Below are positions 56,673-64,000 of a DNA stretch of 64,000 nt, one piece after another; position 1 is the stretch's first letter; every line of letters starts with the position of its first letter. The DNA is taken from positions 6,206 through 70,205 of the forward strand of contig JBBSFB010000009.1 of the NCBI GenBank assembly GCA_038239145.1, read 5' to 3'. The translations under genes were made by a program, and so were the position numbers. Source of the stretch: Acidimicrobiia bacterium. Its GTDB lineage: Bacteria; Actinomycetota; Acidimicrobiia; IMCC26256; PALSA-610. The notes beneath the pieces were generated by a model that was not told where the DNA came from, did not search any database, and saw only the letters and a program-made list of their open reading frames with translations.

Positions 56673-56945
56673 ATGGCAACACGACGTACGACTTCTAACA
56701 AGCGAGAGCGCGAACGCTCGAAGCAGGCGAAGGCCACGGCCAAGCGGGAACGTCGGCTGGACAAGTCGCCCGACGAAGACGCGGAGATCATCGAGTTCGA
56801 CGAGAACTCGGCCACGACCGAAGAGCTAATCGAGCGCATCGCTGCGATGCACGAGCAGTACGACGACGGCCAGCTCTCGTTCGAGGCCTTCGACGAGCAG
56901 AAGGCCGAGCTGATGACCCTGCTGACCGCTCGCCTGTCGGAGTAG
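56673..56945 (+). CDS. small charged hypothetical protein (C-terminal SHOCT-like motif, weak)
   Basis: 90 aa; ATG preceded by GAGGAG. A basic N-terminus (KRERERSKQAKATAKRERR) is followed by EELIERIAAMHEQYDDGQLSFEAFDEQKAELMTLL, which resembles a SHOCT short oligomerisation motif. Confidence 0.55.
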   Translation: MATRRTTSNKRERERSKQAKATAKRERRLDKSPDEDAEIIEFDENSATTEELIERIAAMHEQYDDGQLSFEAFDEQKAELMTLLTARLSE

Positions 56946-57013
56946 CGACCCGCCGAATAGGCTCCGGCCGACACATTCTGTTTTCTGGGAAGCACCTCGC
57001 GTCAAGGAGCGGC

Positions 57014-57943
57014 GTGAACGCATCGCCAAGCGATACCGAGGTGGAGACCGCGCTCGATCTGCCCGCGGCGGTCGACGGCGCGTCGATGCGCAGGGGAGCC
57101 GACGACAAGCTCAACGTCGTCTCGTCGCTCACGTTCTTCCTCCTCCACCTGCTGCCGTTCCTCGCGTTCTTCTCCGGGGTGACGCGCACGGCGGTGATCC
57201 TTCTGGTCGTCACGTTCACGACCCGGATGTTCTTCATCACGGCCGGCTACCACCGCTACTTCTCGCACAAGTCGTACCGGCTCAACCGGTTCTGGCAGTT
57301 CGTACTCGCGTTCGGCGGGACGATGGCGTCGCAGAAGGGTCCGCTCTGGTGGGCGGCGCACCACCGCAACCACCATCGCTTCTCCGATACCGAGCGCGAC
57401 GTGCATTCGCCGAAGCGGGGCTTTTGGTGGAGTCACGTCGGCTGGATCCTGTGCGACAAGTACAACCAGGCCGACATGACCCAGATCCGCGACTTCTCGA
57501 AGTACCCGGAGATTCGATTCATCAACAAGCACGACTGGATCGGCCCGTGGACGCTCGCGCTCGTCTGCGCCGCGATCGGCGGCTGGAGCGGGCTCCTGAT
57601 CGGGTTCTTCTTGTCGACGGTGCTGCTCTGGCACGTCACGTTCACCGTGAATTCGGTCGCGCACGTCATGGGCCGCAGGGCCTACGAGACCGCCGACACG
57701 AGTCGTAACACGTTGCTCGTCGCACTCGCGACGGGCGGTGAGGGTTGGCACAACAACCACCACCGCTACCCGTGGTCGGCCCGCCAGGGATTCCGGTGGT
57801 GGCAGATCGACGTGACGTACTACGTGCTGCGTGCGCTGAGCTGGATCGGCATCGTGCACGATCTCCGGCCCGTTCCGCCGTCAGTCATCGAAGAAGCGCG
57901 CGCCGCCAAGGCTCTACGTCGAGCTTCGGGTACTTCTCGCTAG
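57014..57943 (+). CDS. membrane fatty acid (acyl-CoA) desaturase
   Basis: Three His boxes (HRYFSH, HRNHH, HNNHH) with intervening TM helices, typical of delta-9-type desaturases. Confidence 0.9.
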   Translation: MNASPSDTEVETALDLPAAVDGASMRRGADDKLNVVSSLTFFLLHLLPFLAFFSGVTRTAVILLVVTFTTRMFFITAGYHRYFSHKSYRLNRFWQFVLAFGGTMASQKGPLWWAAHHRNHHRFSDTERDVHSPKRGFWWSHVGWILCDKYNQADMTQIRDFSKYPEIRFINKHDWIGPWTLALVCAAIGGWSGLLIGFFLSTVLLWHVTFTVNSVAHVMGRRAYETADTSRNTLLVALATGGEGWHNNHHRYPWSARQGFRWWQIDVTYYVLRALSWIGIVHDLRPVPPSVIEEARAAKALRRASGTSR

Positions 57944-58838
57944 TCGACTCCACGAGCTCGGCCGTCCAGACCGGGTGGCCGGGCGGCGGGAAGCCCAGCA
58001 TCTCGAGGTCGCGCGGCGTCGACATCTCGACGAACTGCACCCAGGCCGGGTGCGTCGCGTTCGACTGCGCGGTGTGGTATCCGATCCAGTCGGTGCCGGC
58101 CACCTTGTAGCTGACGTTCAACAGGAACCGGTGACTCCCGGGTCGTCTCAGATCGGTGCCGCGATGGAACACGTCGGGCCGGTACACGAGCAGCGAACCG
58201 CGCACACCGGTGGCCGATCGTTCGCTCGCGTAGAGCTCGGGATCGCCGTCGGGCATGAACATCGCGTTCGTCGAGCGGCCGGCCGAATCCTGCAAGCGCA
58301 CGAGGCTCGTCGGCGCGGTTCCCTCGTCGACGTCGGAGAGATAGAGGAACGACTCCACGTGCCACCACGGCGGTTCCATGCGCGGCGGCAGGAACGAGTG
58401 ATTGCGGTCGGTGTGCATCGGCTGCTCAAAATTCGAATCGCCTGCGTACTTCGCGCTGACCTGGTTCTGGTACACCCGCAGATCAGTGTTCTCGAGCGCG
58501 CGCTCCATGAAGTCGACGATCGACGGGTGCACGCAGAGCCGGCTGAGCGCGCCGCTGCCGTAGTAGGGGAACTCCTTGGCGAACCGGTGCTGCTCGGGCC
58601 GGAACGCCGGGCCCTCGGTCGGGAACTCCGGGTAGCCACGGCGGAGCTCGGCGGTACTGCGACCGGGCGGCCAGTTGGCCTCGGGGTCGGCGTGGAACTT
58701 CTCCGCTGACGGGAACGCGTACTTGAGGTCGACGGCCGCGGCATCGATGTCGTCGGGGGAGACGAGTCCCTCGAGCACGACCCAACCGTTGTGCTTCCAA
58801 GCCGCGACTTCGTCGTCGCGTGCGATCCGCCCTCGCAT
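57885..58838 (-). CDS. phytanoyl-CoA dioxygenase (PhyH) family Fe(II)/2-oxoglutarate oxygenase, paralogue 1
   Basis: HxD in PMHTDRNH, distal His in VFHRGTD. Start taken at the ATG at 58838 (MRGRIARDD), preceded by GGAGG. The 3' end overlaps the convergent desaturase gene by 59 nt. Confidence 0.78.
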   Translation of the reverse strand: MRGRIARDDEVAAWKHNGWVVLEGLVSPDDIDAAAVDLKYAFPSAEKFHADPEANWPPGRSTAELRRGYPEFPTEGPAFRPEQHRFAKEFPYYGSGALSRLCVHPSIVDFMERALENTDLRVYQNQVSAKYAGDSNFEQPMHTDRNHSFLPPRMEPPWWHVESFLYLSDVDEGTAPTSLVRLQDSAGRSTNAMFMPDGDPELYASERSATGVRGSLLVYRPDVFHRGTDLRRPGSHRFLLNVSYKVAGTDWIGYHTAQSNATHPAWVQFVEMSTPRDLEMLGFPPPGHPVWTAELVESTSEKYPKLDVEPWRRALLR

Positions 58839-58923
58839 TCTCGCCTCCATCTCGCGTGCCGGCCCGGCGCCCGCTCGAAATGGCGGGGCGCACACCTTGC
58901 CACGGCGGATTACCCTCGACCGC

Positions 58924-59040
58924 ATGGCCGACAAGTCACCCAAGAAGTCGAACAGCAAGAAAGCCGGAAAGACACTGAAGGAGAAGCGCGCCGACAAGCA
59001 GGCCAAGCGTGACGACAAGCCCCGGGGCCTCGGGAACTGA
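58924..59040 (+). CDS. candidate small Lys-rich protein (38 aa)
   Basis: MADKSPKKSNSKKAGKTLKEKRADKQAKRDDKPRGLGN fills most of the spacer between two minus-strand genes. It resembles small basic hydrophilic proteins seen in actinobacteria (memory only). No clear RBS. Confidence 0.35.
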   Translation: MADKSPKKSNSKKAGKTLKEKRADKQAKRDDKPRGLGN

Positions 59041-59073
59041 CCTCACCGATTCGGCGCGCAGTCACGCCCGGAA

Positions 59074-59811
59074 TCAGGCGAGGAGCTTGCGGGGATGGCG
59101 CCCGTCGACGTAGCCGAGGAACGGCGGGTAGACGTTGTAACCGAGTAGCTCCTGTAACCGCTCCGGCAAACCCTGCACGACCGTCCGGTCGACGGCCAGG
59201 ACGTGGTTCTCGACCGGGCGGATCCACGACACCGCGTAGTGGAGAACGACGCCGGCGCGCGGGTGTGCGGTGGAGTTCGCTCCACCGCCGTGCCACAGAC
59301 TCCCGACATACAACATCGCGGACCCGGCCGGCATCGTCACCGCCACCGGCTCGGTGGTCGCGTCGGGCCGCTCGTCGATCCAACGATGACTGCCCCGCAC
59401 CACCCGGGTCGCACCGTTCGCCTCGGTGAAGTCGTCGAGCGGCCACATCACGTTGACGACCAGCTCCGCGTGCGGGCGCGGGATCGGATAGATCGCGTCG
59501 TCGGGGTGGAGCGGCTGCGCGTGCTCCCCCGGGCCGATCTCGATCGCGGTCGGCGCGCTGAGCTGGGCGGGACCGAGCACACGATCGAGCGTCTCCAAGA
59601 CGTACGGATGGGTTGCCAACGCGTCGAGCACCCGGGTCTTGGCGAAGAGCGCGTACACGCGCCGGGTCCGGTGGCCTTCGAAGTCGTCCCGCCCGAATGG
59701 CGTCGCGTCGAACAACGGGCGCAGGCTCGCGCGCACCGTCGCGACCGTGTGCGCGTCGATGAGGTCGTCGACGACGCAGTACCCATCGCGTTCGAGTGTC
59801 GTCCCGCCCAT
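59074..59811 (-). CDS. phytanoyl-CoA dioxygenase (PhyH) family oxygenase, paralogue 2
   Basis: ATG at 59811 preceded by GAGGAGG: MGGTTLERDGYCVVDDLI.... HxD in QPLHPDD, distal His in LWHGGGAN. Confidence 0.8.
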   Translation of the reverse strand: MGGTTLERDGYCVVDDLIDAHTVATVRASLRPLFDATPFGRDDFEGHRTRRVYALFAKTRVLDALATHPYVLETLDRVLGPAQLSAPTAIEIGPGEHAQPLHPDDAIYPIPRPHAELVVNVMWPLDDFTEANGATRVVRGSHRWIDERPDATTEPVAVTMPAGSAMLYVGSLWHGGGANSTAHPRAGVVLHYAVSWIRPVENHVLAVDRTVVQGLPERLQELLGYNVYPPFLGYVDGRHPRKLLA

Positions 59812-59871
59812 CCGGCCTCCTCGGTATCGCCCCAGGCTAACCTTCCACAAGGGAATGTCAACTTTGGGAGC

Positions 59872-60435
59872 ATGATGGCCGACCCGGAACTGAACGCCAC
59901 CCAGGCGTCCCTGCTCGGTCTTCTCCACGACGGCCCGGCCACGGGCTGGGACCTGATCGAAGAGGTACGACGGGGACTGGCGCGCTTTTGGAACGTCACG
60001 ACGAGTCACGTGTACCGCGAGTTGAAGACGCTGGAGACGCGCAAGCTGATCCGCGCCGGCAAGCCGGGACCGCGCGACAAACAGCCCTTCGTCGTCACCG
60101 CGGCGGGCCGGCGCGCGTTCTCACAGTGGATCCACCAAGAGCCTGGTCCGGAACAGATCCGCGTGCCGTTGCTCGTGACGCTGTGGTTCGCCAAGCACCT
60201 CGACGAGAAGACACTCGCGACCTTTCTCGCGAACCACCGCGTCGAGCACGACGACCGCCTGCGCGAGTACGAGACGATCCTGGGCGCTATCGACGACTCG
60301 TCGTCGAGTGATCCGCACGTACGCGCCGTCGTCGAGTTCGGCATCGCGTACGAGCAGGCTTTCCTGCAGTGGCTCGCGCAAACCGAGATGCCGCGATCAC
60401 GCGCCTCCGCGGCGTGTACCGTCGGGCGGCGCTGA
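59872..60435 (+). CDS. PadR family transcriptional regulator
   Basis: 187 aa; ...LLGLLHDGPATGWDLIEEV...FWNVTTSHVYRELKTLETRKLIRA... is a typical PadR wHTH, followed by a long C-terminal dimerisation domain. Divergent from PhyH paralogue 2. Confidence 0.87.
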   Translation: MMADPELNATQASLLGLLHDGPATGWDLIEEVRRGLARFWNVTTSHVYRELKTLETRKLIRAGKPGPRDKQPFVVTAAGRRAFSQWIHQEPGPEQIRVPLLVTLWFAKHLDEKTLATFLANHRVEHDDRLREYETILGAIDDSSSSDPHVRAVVEFGIAYEQAFLQWLAQTEMPRSRASAACTVGRR

Positions 60436-60488
60436 CCGGTAAACTGCGTAGCCGGCGTACGATATTCTACGCGATCCGCCGGCCGTGA

Positions 60489-61705
60489 GTGGACTCCTGG
60501 CCCCGTTCACGAGCTGGTCCGTCGGTTCTGCGGACCGGGTCAACGGCCCAGACGATCACGTTCCCGGCGATCGCCAATCACACCTTGCGGGATTCCGGGT
60601 TCACCATCTCCGCGACCTCGACATCGCACCTCCCGATGACGTACACGTCGCTCACTGCCGGCGAGTGCTCGCTCGTCGGGGTTAATCACAACATCGTCTC
60701 GCCCGACGCCCAGGGCGCGTGCACGATTCGAGCCGACGAGCCGGCGACGGCGTGACGTTCGCGGCCGCGGCACCTGTACAACGGAGCTTCACGGTCAGCA
60801 AAGCACCCCAGACGATCACGTTCGCGCCGCTGGCGGATGCGACGCTCAACATCGGATCCGTGTTCGTCTTTGCGACGTCGTCGACCGGCGGCCCCGTCAC
60901 GTTCAGCACGTCGACCGCTTCGGTGTGCACCACGAGCGGCACCGGCGGGGAGGTCGACCTCATCGCGGCCGGGACCTGCACAGTGCGCACCGATCAGGGC
61001 GGCACTGCGCTCGATGCCGCGGCGCCGACGGTGACCCGGAGCTTCGCGGTGACGAAGGCCTCCCAGGCGATCACGTTTGCCGGGGGTACGTGCATCGTGC
61101 GGGCCTCGCAGGCCGGCAACGGCACGTACGCACCCGCGGCCGCAGTCACCCGTCAGTTCACCGTCGGCAGCCCGGTCGGCACCGCCTCGCAGCCGGGCTA
61201 CTGGATGCTCGGCGCCGATGGACGGGTCTAGGCATTCGGGAGCGCGGTCAACTACGGGAGTGCATCCGATCTCGTCGTCGCCCTGTCGGCCCGTCACGAC
61301 GGCACGGGCTACTGGATCGTCGACCGGCTCGGGAACGTCCACGCGTTCGGCAGCGCCGCGTACTTCGGCGGCCGCCCCGCCCTCGCGGTCGCTGAGTCGG
61401 TGTCGACCATCTCGAGCACGCCGAGCGGCGAGGGTTACTGGCTCTTCACCACGCTCGAGCGGGCGTTCGCGTACGGCGATGCCCACTTCTTCGGCGACAT
61501 GCGGGCGGCACGCCTGACCGGGCCCTTCATCGCGTCGGTCGCGACGCCGACCGGGCTCGGCTACTGCATGGTCGCCTCCGACGGCGCCGTCTTCAGCAAC
61601 GGCTACCTCATGGTCGCGTCCGACGGCGGGGTATTCGACTTCGTGAACAAGGCGCGTAGCAGTCGGCTCGGACCGGCCGCCCGTTCGTTCCCCGCGTTGT
61701 CGTAG
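60489..61705 (+). pseudogene. decayed surface-repeat protein gene (Ig-like QTITF repeats plus GYW...DGGVF repeats)
   Basis: Track ORFs 60489..60755, 60719..61231 and 61400..61705 are pieces of one gene. The first ORF begins mid-repeat with no signal peptide. A 1-nt frameshift lies near 60741 (…TIRADE|AGDGVTF…). The third QTITF repeat is internally deleted. An in-frame TAG at 61229-61231 interrupts GYWMLGADGRV*AFGSAVNYGS, and the same frame continues to 61705. Confidence 0.65.
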
Positions 61706-61744
61706 GTTGGGCCTCGTCGCGCAGCACAGCTGAGGGAGCGAAAC

Positions 61745-62590
61745 GTGAACGGCGAAGGACGAGTCGCGTTGGTGACCGGCGCGAGCCGGGGTATCGGAAA
61801 GGCGATCGCGATTCATCTCGCACGCGCGGGCTTCGACGTCGCCGTCTCCGCGCGCACCCTGCACGAGGGCGAGTCGCGCGAACACTCCTCGACCCTGCAG
61901 AAGTCGGATACGTCGCCATTGCCCGGATCGCTCGACGTGACGGCGGAGTTGATCGAGAAGGAAGGCCGGCGAGCCCTTCCGGTAGTGATGGATCTCACCG
62001 ATCGTTCGACCCTCGCGCCGGGCATCGACGCGGTCCTCGACGCGTGGGGGCGGATCGACGTGCTGGTCAACAACGGCCGCTACATCGGTCCGGGTCACAT
62101 GGATCAGCTGCTCGACACTCCGGTCGAGTTGCTCGATCTGCACCTCGAGGCGAACGTCATGGCGCCGGTGATCCTGACCAAACTCGTGCTCCCCCAGATG
62201 CTCGAGCGCGGCGACGGCTACGTCGTCGTGATCACGTCGGGCGCAGGCGCGTCGGATCCGCCCGCGCCGGCCGGGAGCGGAGGCTGGGGCCTCGGATACG
62301 CGATGTCGAAGGGCGCGGTGCATCGCCTCGCCGGCATCCTCGCGGTCGAGCTCGGCGAGCGCGGAATCGTGGGTTTCAACCTGCATCCCGGGTTCGTGAC
62401 CACCGAACGGATCCTGATCGACATGGCGCAGTTCGGGTTCGACGGGAGCACGGGAGCACCCCCCGACGTGATCGGCGCGGCCGCGGCCTGGCTCGTCACC
62501 GAACCCGAAGCGCGCGCCCTCAACGGGACATGGATCGAAGGCCAGGAGCTCTGCGCGGAGCGCAATCTCCTCCCCGGTTGGCCGGCGTGA
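61745..62590 (+). CDS. short-chain dehydrogenase/reductase (SDR)
   Basis: GTG start; TGASRGIGKA cofactor motif and catalytic YAMSKGA (YxxxK). Confidence 0.88.
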   Translation: MNGEGRVALVTGASRGIGKAIAIHLARAGFDVAVSARTLHEGESREHSSTLQKSDTSPLPGSLDVTAELIEKEGRRALPVVMDLTDRSTLAPGIDAVLDAWGRIDVLVNNGRYIGPGHMDQLLDTPVELLDLHLEANVMAPVILTKLVLPQMLERGDGYVVVITSGAGASDPPAPAGSGGWGLGYAMSKGAVHRLAGILAVELGERGIVGFNLHPGFVTTERILIDMAQFGFDGSTGAPPDVIGAAAAWLVTEPEARALNGTWIEGQELCAERNLLPGWPA

Positions 62591-63345
62591 GCGCGAGCGA
62601 CGTCGTGCGGGCGAACCTGCTCGACGCCGGCGCATTGGACGCGCTGCGGGCGTGGACCGACGAGGTCGAGGGGTGGCCGACCGGATCGCACGTGTGGGGT
62701 CACTACGCCGAGCACACCGCGGCCGGTCCCCGCATCTGTCGCACCGAGAACGTGTCGGCGTGCCATCCGGGCATCGCCGCACTCGTCGCCGGTCCGCTCG
62801 CCGACTGCGCGGCCGCCGCGCTCGGCGAACCCGTCACCGCGTTCAAGGACAAACTGAACTACAAGCAGCCGGGCGGGGCCGGATACAGCCCGCATCAGGA
62901 CAAGGTCGCGTATCCCGGGGTCGGTCGCGTGATGTCGATCCTGGTCGCCATCGACGACTGCAGCATCGAATCGGGCTGTCTCTGGTTGGCGAACGGTGTG
63001 CACGAGGTGTTGCCGGTCGACGACCGTGGCGTTGTCCGCGCCGACGTGTCGGGCTCGCTCGAGTGGTTCTCGGCCGAGCTCGTCTCGGGCGATGCCGTGT
63101 GCATCGACGGGTACGCGCCGCACTACAGCGAGGCGAACCACGGCCCCGCACCCCGGCGCGTGCTCGTCGCGAGCTACGCGCCGTCGAACGAGAGCTATAC
63201 GCGTGCGCACTACTACGCGCAGCGGAGTGATCACATGCGCGTCGAGACCGAGCGCGACGGGCGCTTCCGGATCAGCACACTCGCCGACTTCGACGGCACC
63301 GAGGTCGCAGGCACGGTCGTCACCGACGAGTGCACGCACCCCTGA
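62587..63345 (+). CDS. PhyH/2OG-Fe(II) oxygenase family protein, paralogue 3
   Basis: GTG at 62587 gives a GTGA overlap with the SDR stop (translational coupling). HxD in YSPHQDK, distal His in YAPHYSEAN. The upstream part of track ORF 62044..63345 is a shadow of the SDR gene. Confidence 0.72.
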   Translation: MSASDVVRANLLDAGALDALRAWTDEVEGWPTGSHVWGHYAEHTAAGPRICRTENVSACHPGIAALVAGPLADCAAAALGEPVTAFKDKLNYKQPGGAGYSPHQDKVAYPGVGRVMSILVAIDDCSIESGCLWLANGVHEVLPVDDRGVVRADVSGSLEWFSAELVSGDAVCIDGYAPHYSEANHGPAPRRVLVASYAPSNESYTRAHYYAQRSDHMRVETERDGRFRISTLADFDGTEVAGTVVTDECTHP

Positions 63346-63357
63346 AGCCGAGATCGG

Positions 63358-64000
63358 TCACTCGCCCGTTGTCGGGTTCCAGTTCCGGAAGTAGTCCGGA
63401 TTGCGGCGCGCCTTCATCGACGCGTACCGGGCGTCGAGGGGTTCGTCGCTGCTCGGATTGATCCAAAACTGATCGGCGAGCACCGCGTCGAGCACGCGAC
63501 CCGCGACCTCCTCGAGCGGGGTGACGGGCAACGGCGTACCGGCCGCCTCCATCTGCTGTTCGAACTCCTCAAAGCTCGGATACGCGGTCGCGCGTTGCAC
63601 CGATTTCGCGTACTGCTCGGGGCGCGTGCGCCAGGCCTCCCAGAGCTGCGTACGCAGCCAGTTCGGCCCCGGGTAGAGCACCGAACACGAGAGCTTCGTG
63701 CCCTGAGTGTGGAGTTGGTAGTAGAGGAGCTCGGTCAATGTGGTGACCGCGCTCTTCGACGTGGCGTAGATCGCGGCGTCGCCCATCGGCGCGATCCCAC
63801 CGTTCCCCGACGACGTGTTGACGATGTGGCCCTCCTCGCCGCCTTCGATCATTCGCGGCACGAACGCTTTGATCCCCCAGGCCACCCCGCACACGTTGAC
63901 GTCGAGGCACCAGCGCCAGTCGTTCTCCTCCGACTCCCACAACATGGTCTGGCCGCCGGGACCGATGCCGGCGTTGTTACACACCATGTGCACGCCGCCG
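63358..64000 (-). CDS. short-chain dehydrogenase/reductase, 5' end outside the window
   Basis: The visible part starts within the NNAG motif (VCNNAGIG) and contains SSGNGG...YATSKSA (catalytic Ser and YxxxK) plus a long C-terminal extension. The N-terminal Rossmann motif must lie beyond 64000. Confidence 0.82.
   Translation of the reverse strand, partial: GGVHMVCNNAGIGPGGQTMLWESEENDWRWCLDVNVCGVAWGIKAFVPRMIEGGEEGHIVNTSSGNGGIAPMGDAAIYATSKSAVTTLTELLYYQLHTQGTKLSCSVLYPGPNWLRTQLWEAWRTRPEQYAKSVQRATAYPSFEEFEQQMEAAGTPLPVTPLEEVAGRVLDAVLADQFWINPSSDEPLDARYASMKARRNPDYFRNWNPTTGE

Noticed and set aside
60436-60488. Possible mobile-element end or att site in the slightly AT-richer stretch after padR (GCGTAG...CTACGC inverted repeat), next to the truncated surface-protein pseudogene.
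   Set aside because: There is no transposase, no matching second end and no target-site duplication in the window. The 6-bp inverted repeat with a 15-nt loop is unremarkable.

Overview
Very GC-rich, gene-dense chromosomal segment with strong GC3 codon bias (judged by eye, not computed). It is most consistent with an actinobacterium. All family calls come from motifs I recognise in the supplied translations; no searches were run.

Left part (1-25.5 kb): a conserved housekeeping block, almost entirely on the minus strand, with many 4-nt GTGA/ATGA stop-start overlaps. It contains a GNAT acetyltransferase, an acyl-CoA synthetase, orn, a class V aminotransferase, ppx, DUF501, an ftsB-like gene, eno, an SPFH protein, a methylase-MazG fusion, a parvulin lipoprotein, mfd, pth, rplY, a lipoprotein, prs, glmU, tRNA-Gln(UUG), the bS22 microprotein, ispE, rsmA, tatD, metG, DUF192 and ychF. 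From memory, this gene set matches the mycobacterial Rv1007c-Rv1026 neighbourhood.

Right part (25.5-64 kb): more accessory. It contains an Rrf2 regulator, a thioesterase, an epoxide-hydrolase-like protein, a PAS-GGDEF-EAL membrane protein, SIMPL, WS/DGAT, serC, a serine hydrolase, a large flotillin-like SPFH protein, a copper cluster (YcnI-like, CopC-CopD and an unknown membrane protein), a Liv-type ABC transporter, and an oxygenase-rich locus (Rieske oxygenase, OYE, acyl-CoA ligase, desaturase, three PhyH-family dioxygenases, two SDRs, PadR).

I found no rRNA, CRISPR array, intact IS element or prophage, or recognisable defence system. I cannot point to a convincing new multi-gene system.

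The most notable observations are:
- a 166-aa ORF that looks like only the N-terminal half of a TnpB/OrfB nuclease, divergent from the Rrf2 gene
- a YchF homologue whose Walker A and switch II motifs are degenerate
- a two-copy ~70-nt nested-hairpin intergenic element with compensatory differences between copies
- a perfect 3 x 22-bp tandem repeat that triplicates a gene's 3' end and stop codon
- several decayed or frameshifted genes (HDOD remnant, coiled-coil/wHTH gene, surface-repeat pseudogene with an in-frame TAG)
- a copper cluster in which three secreted proteins have a predicted mature N-terminus starting at His
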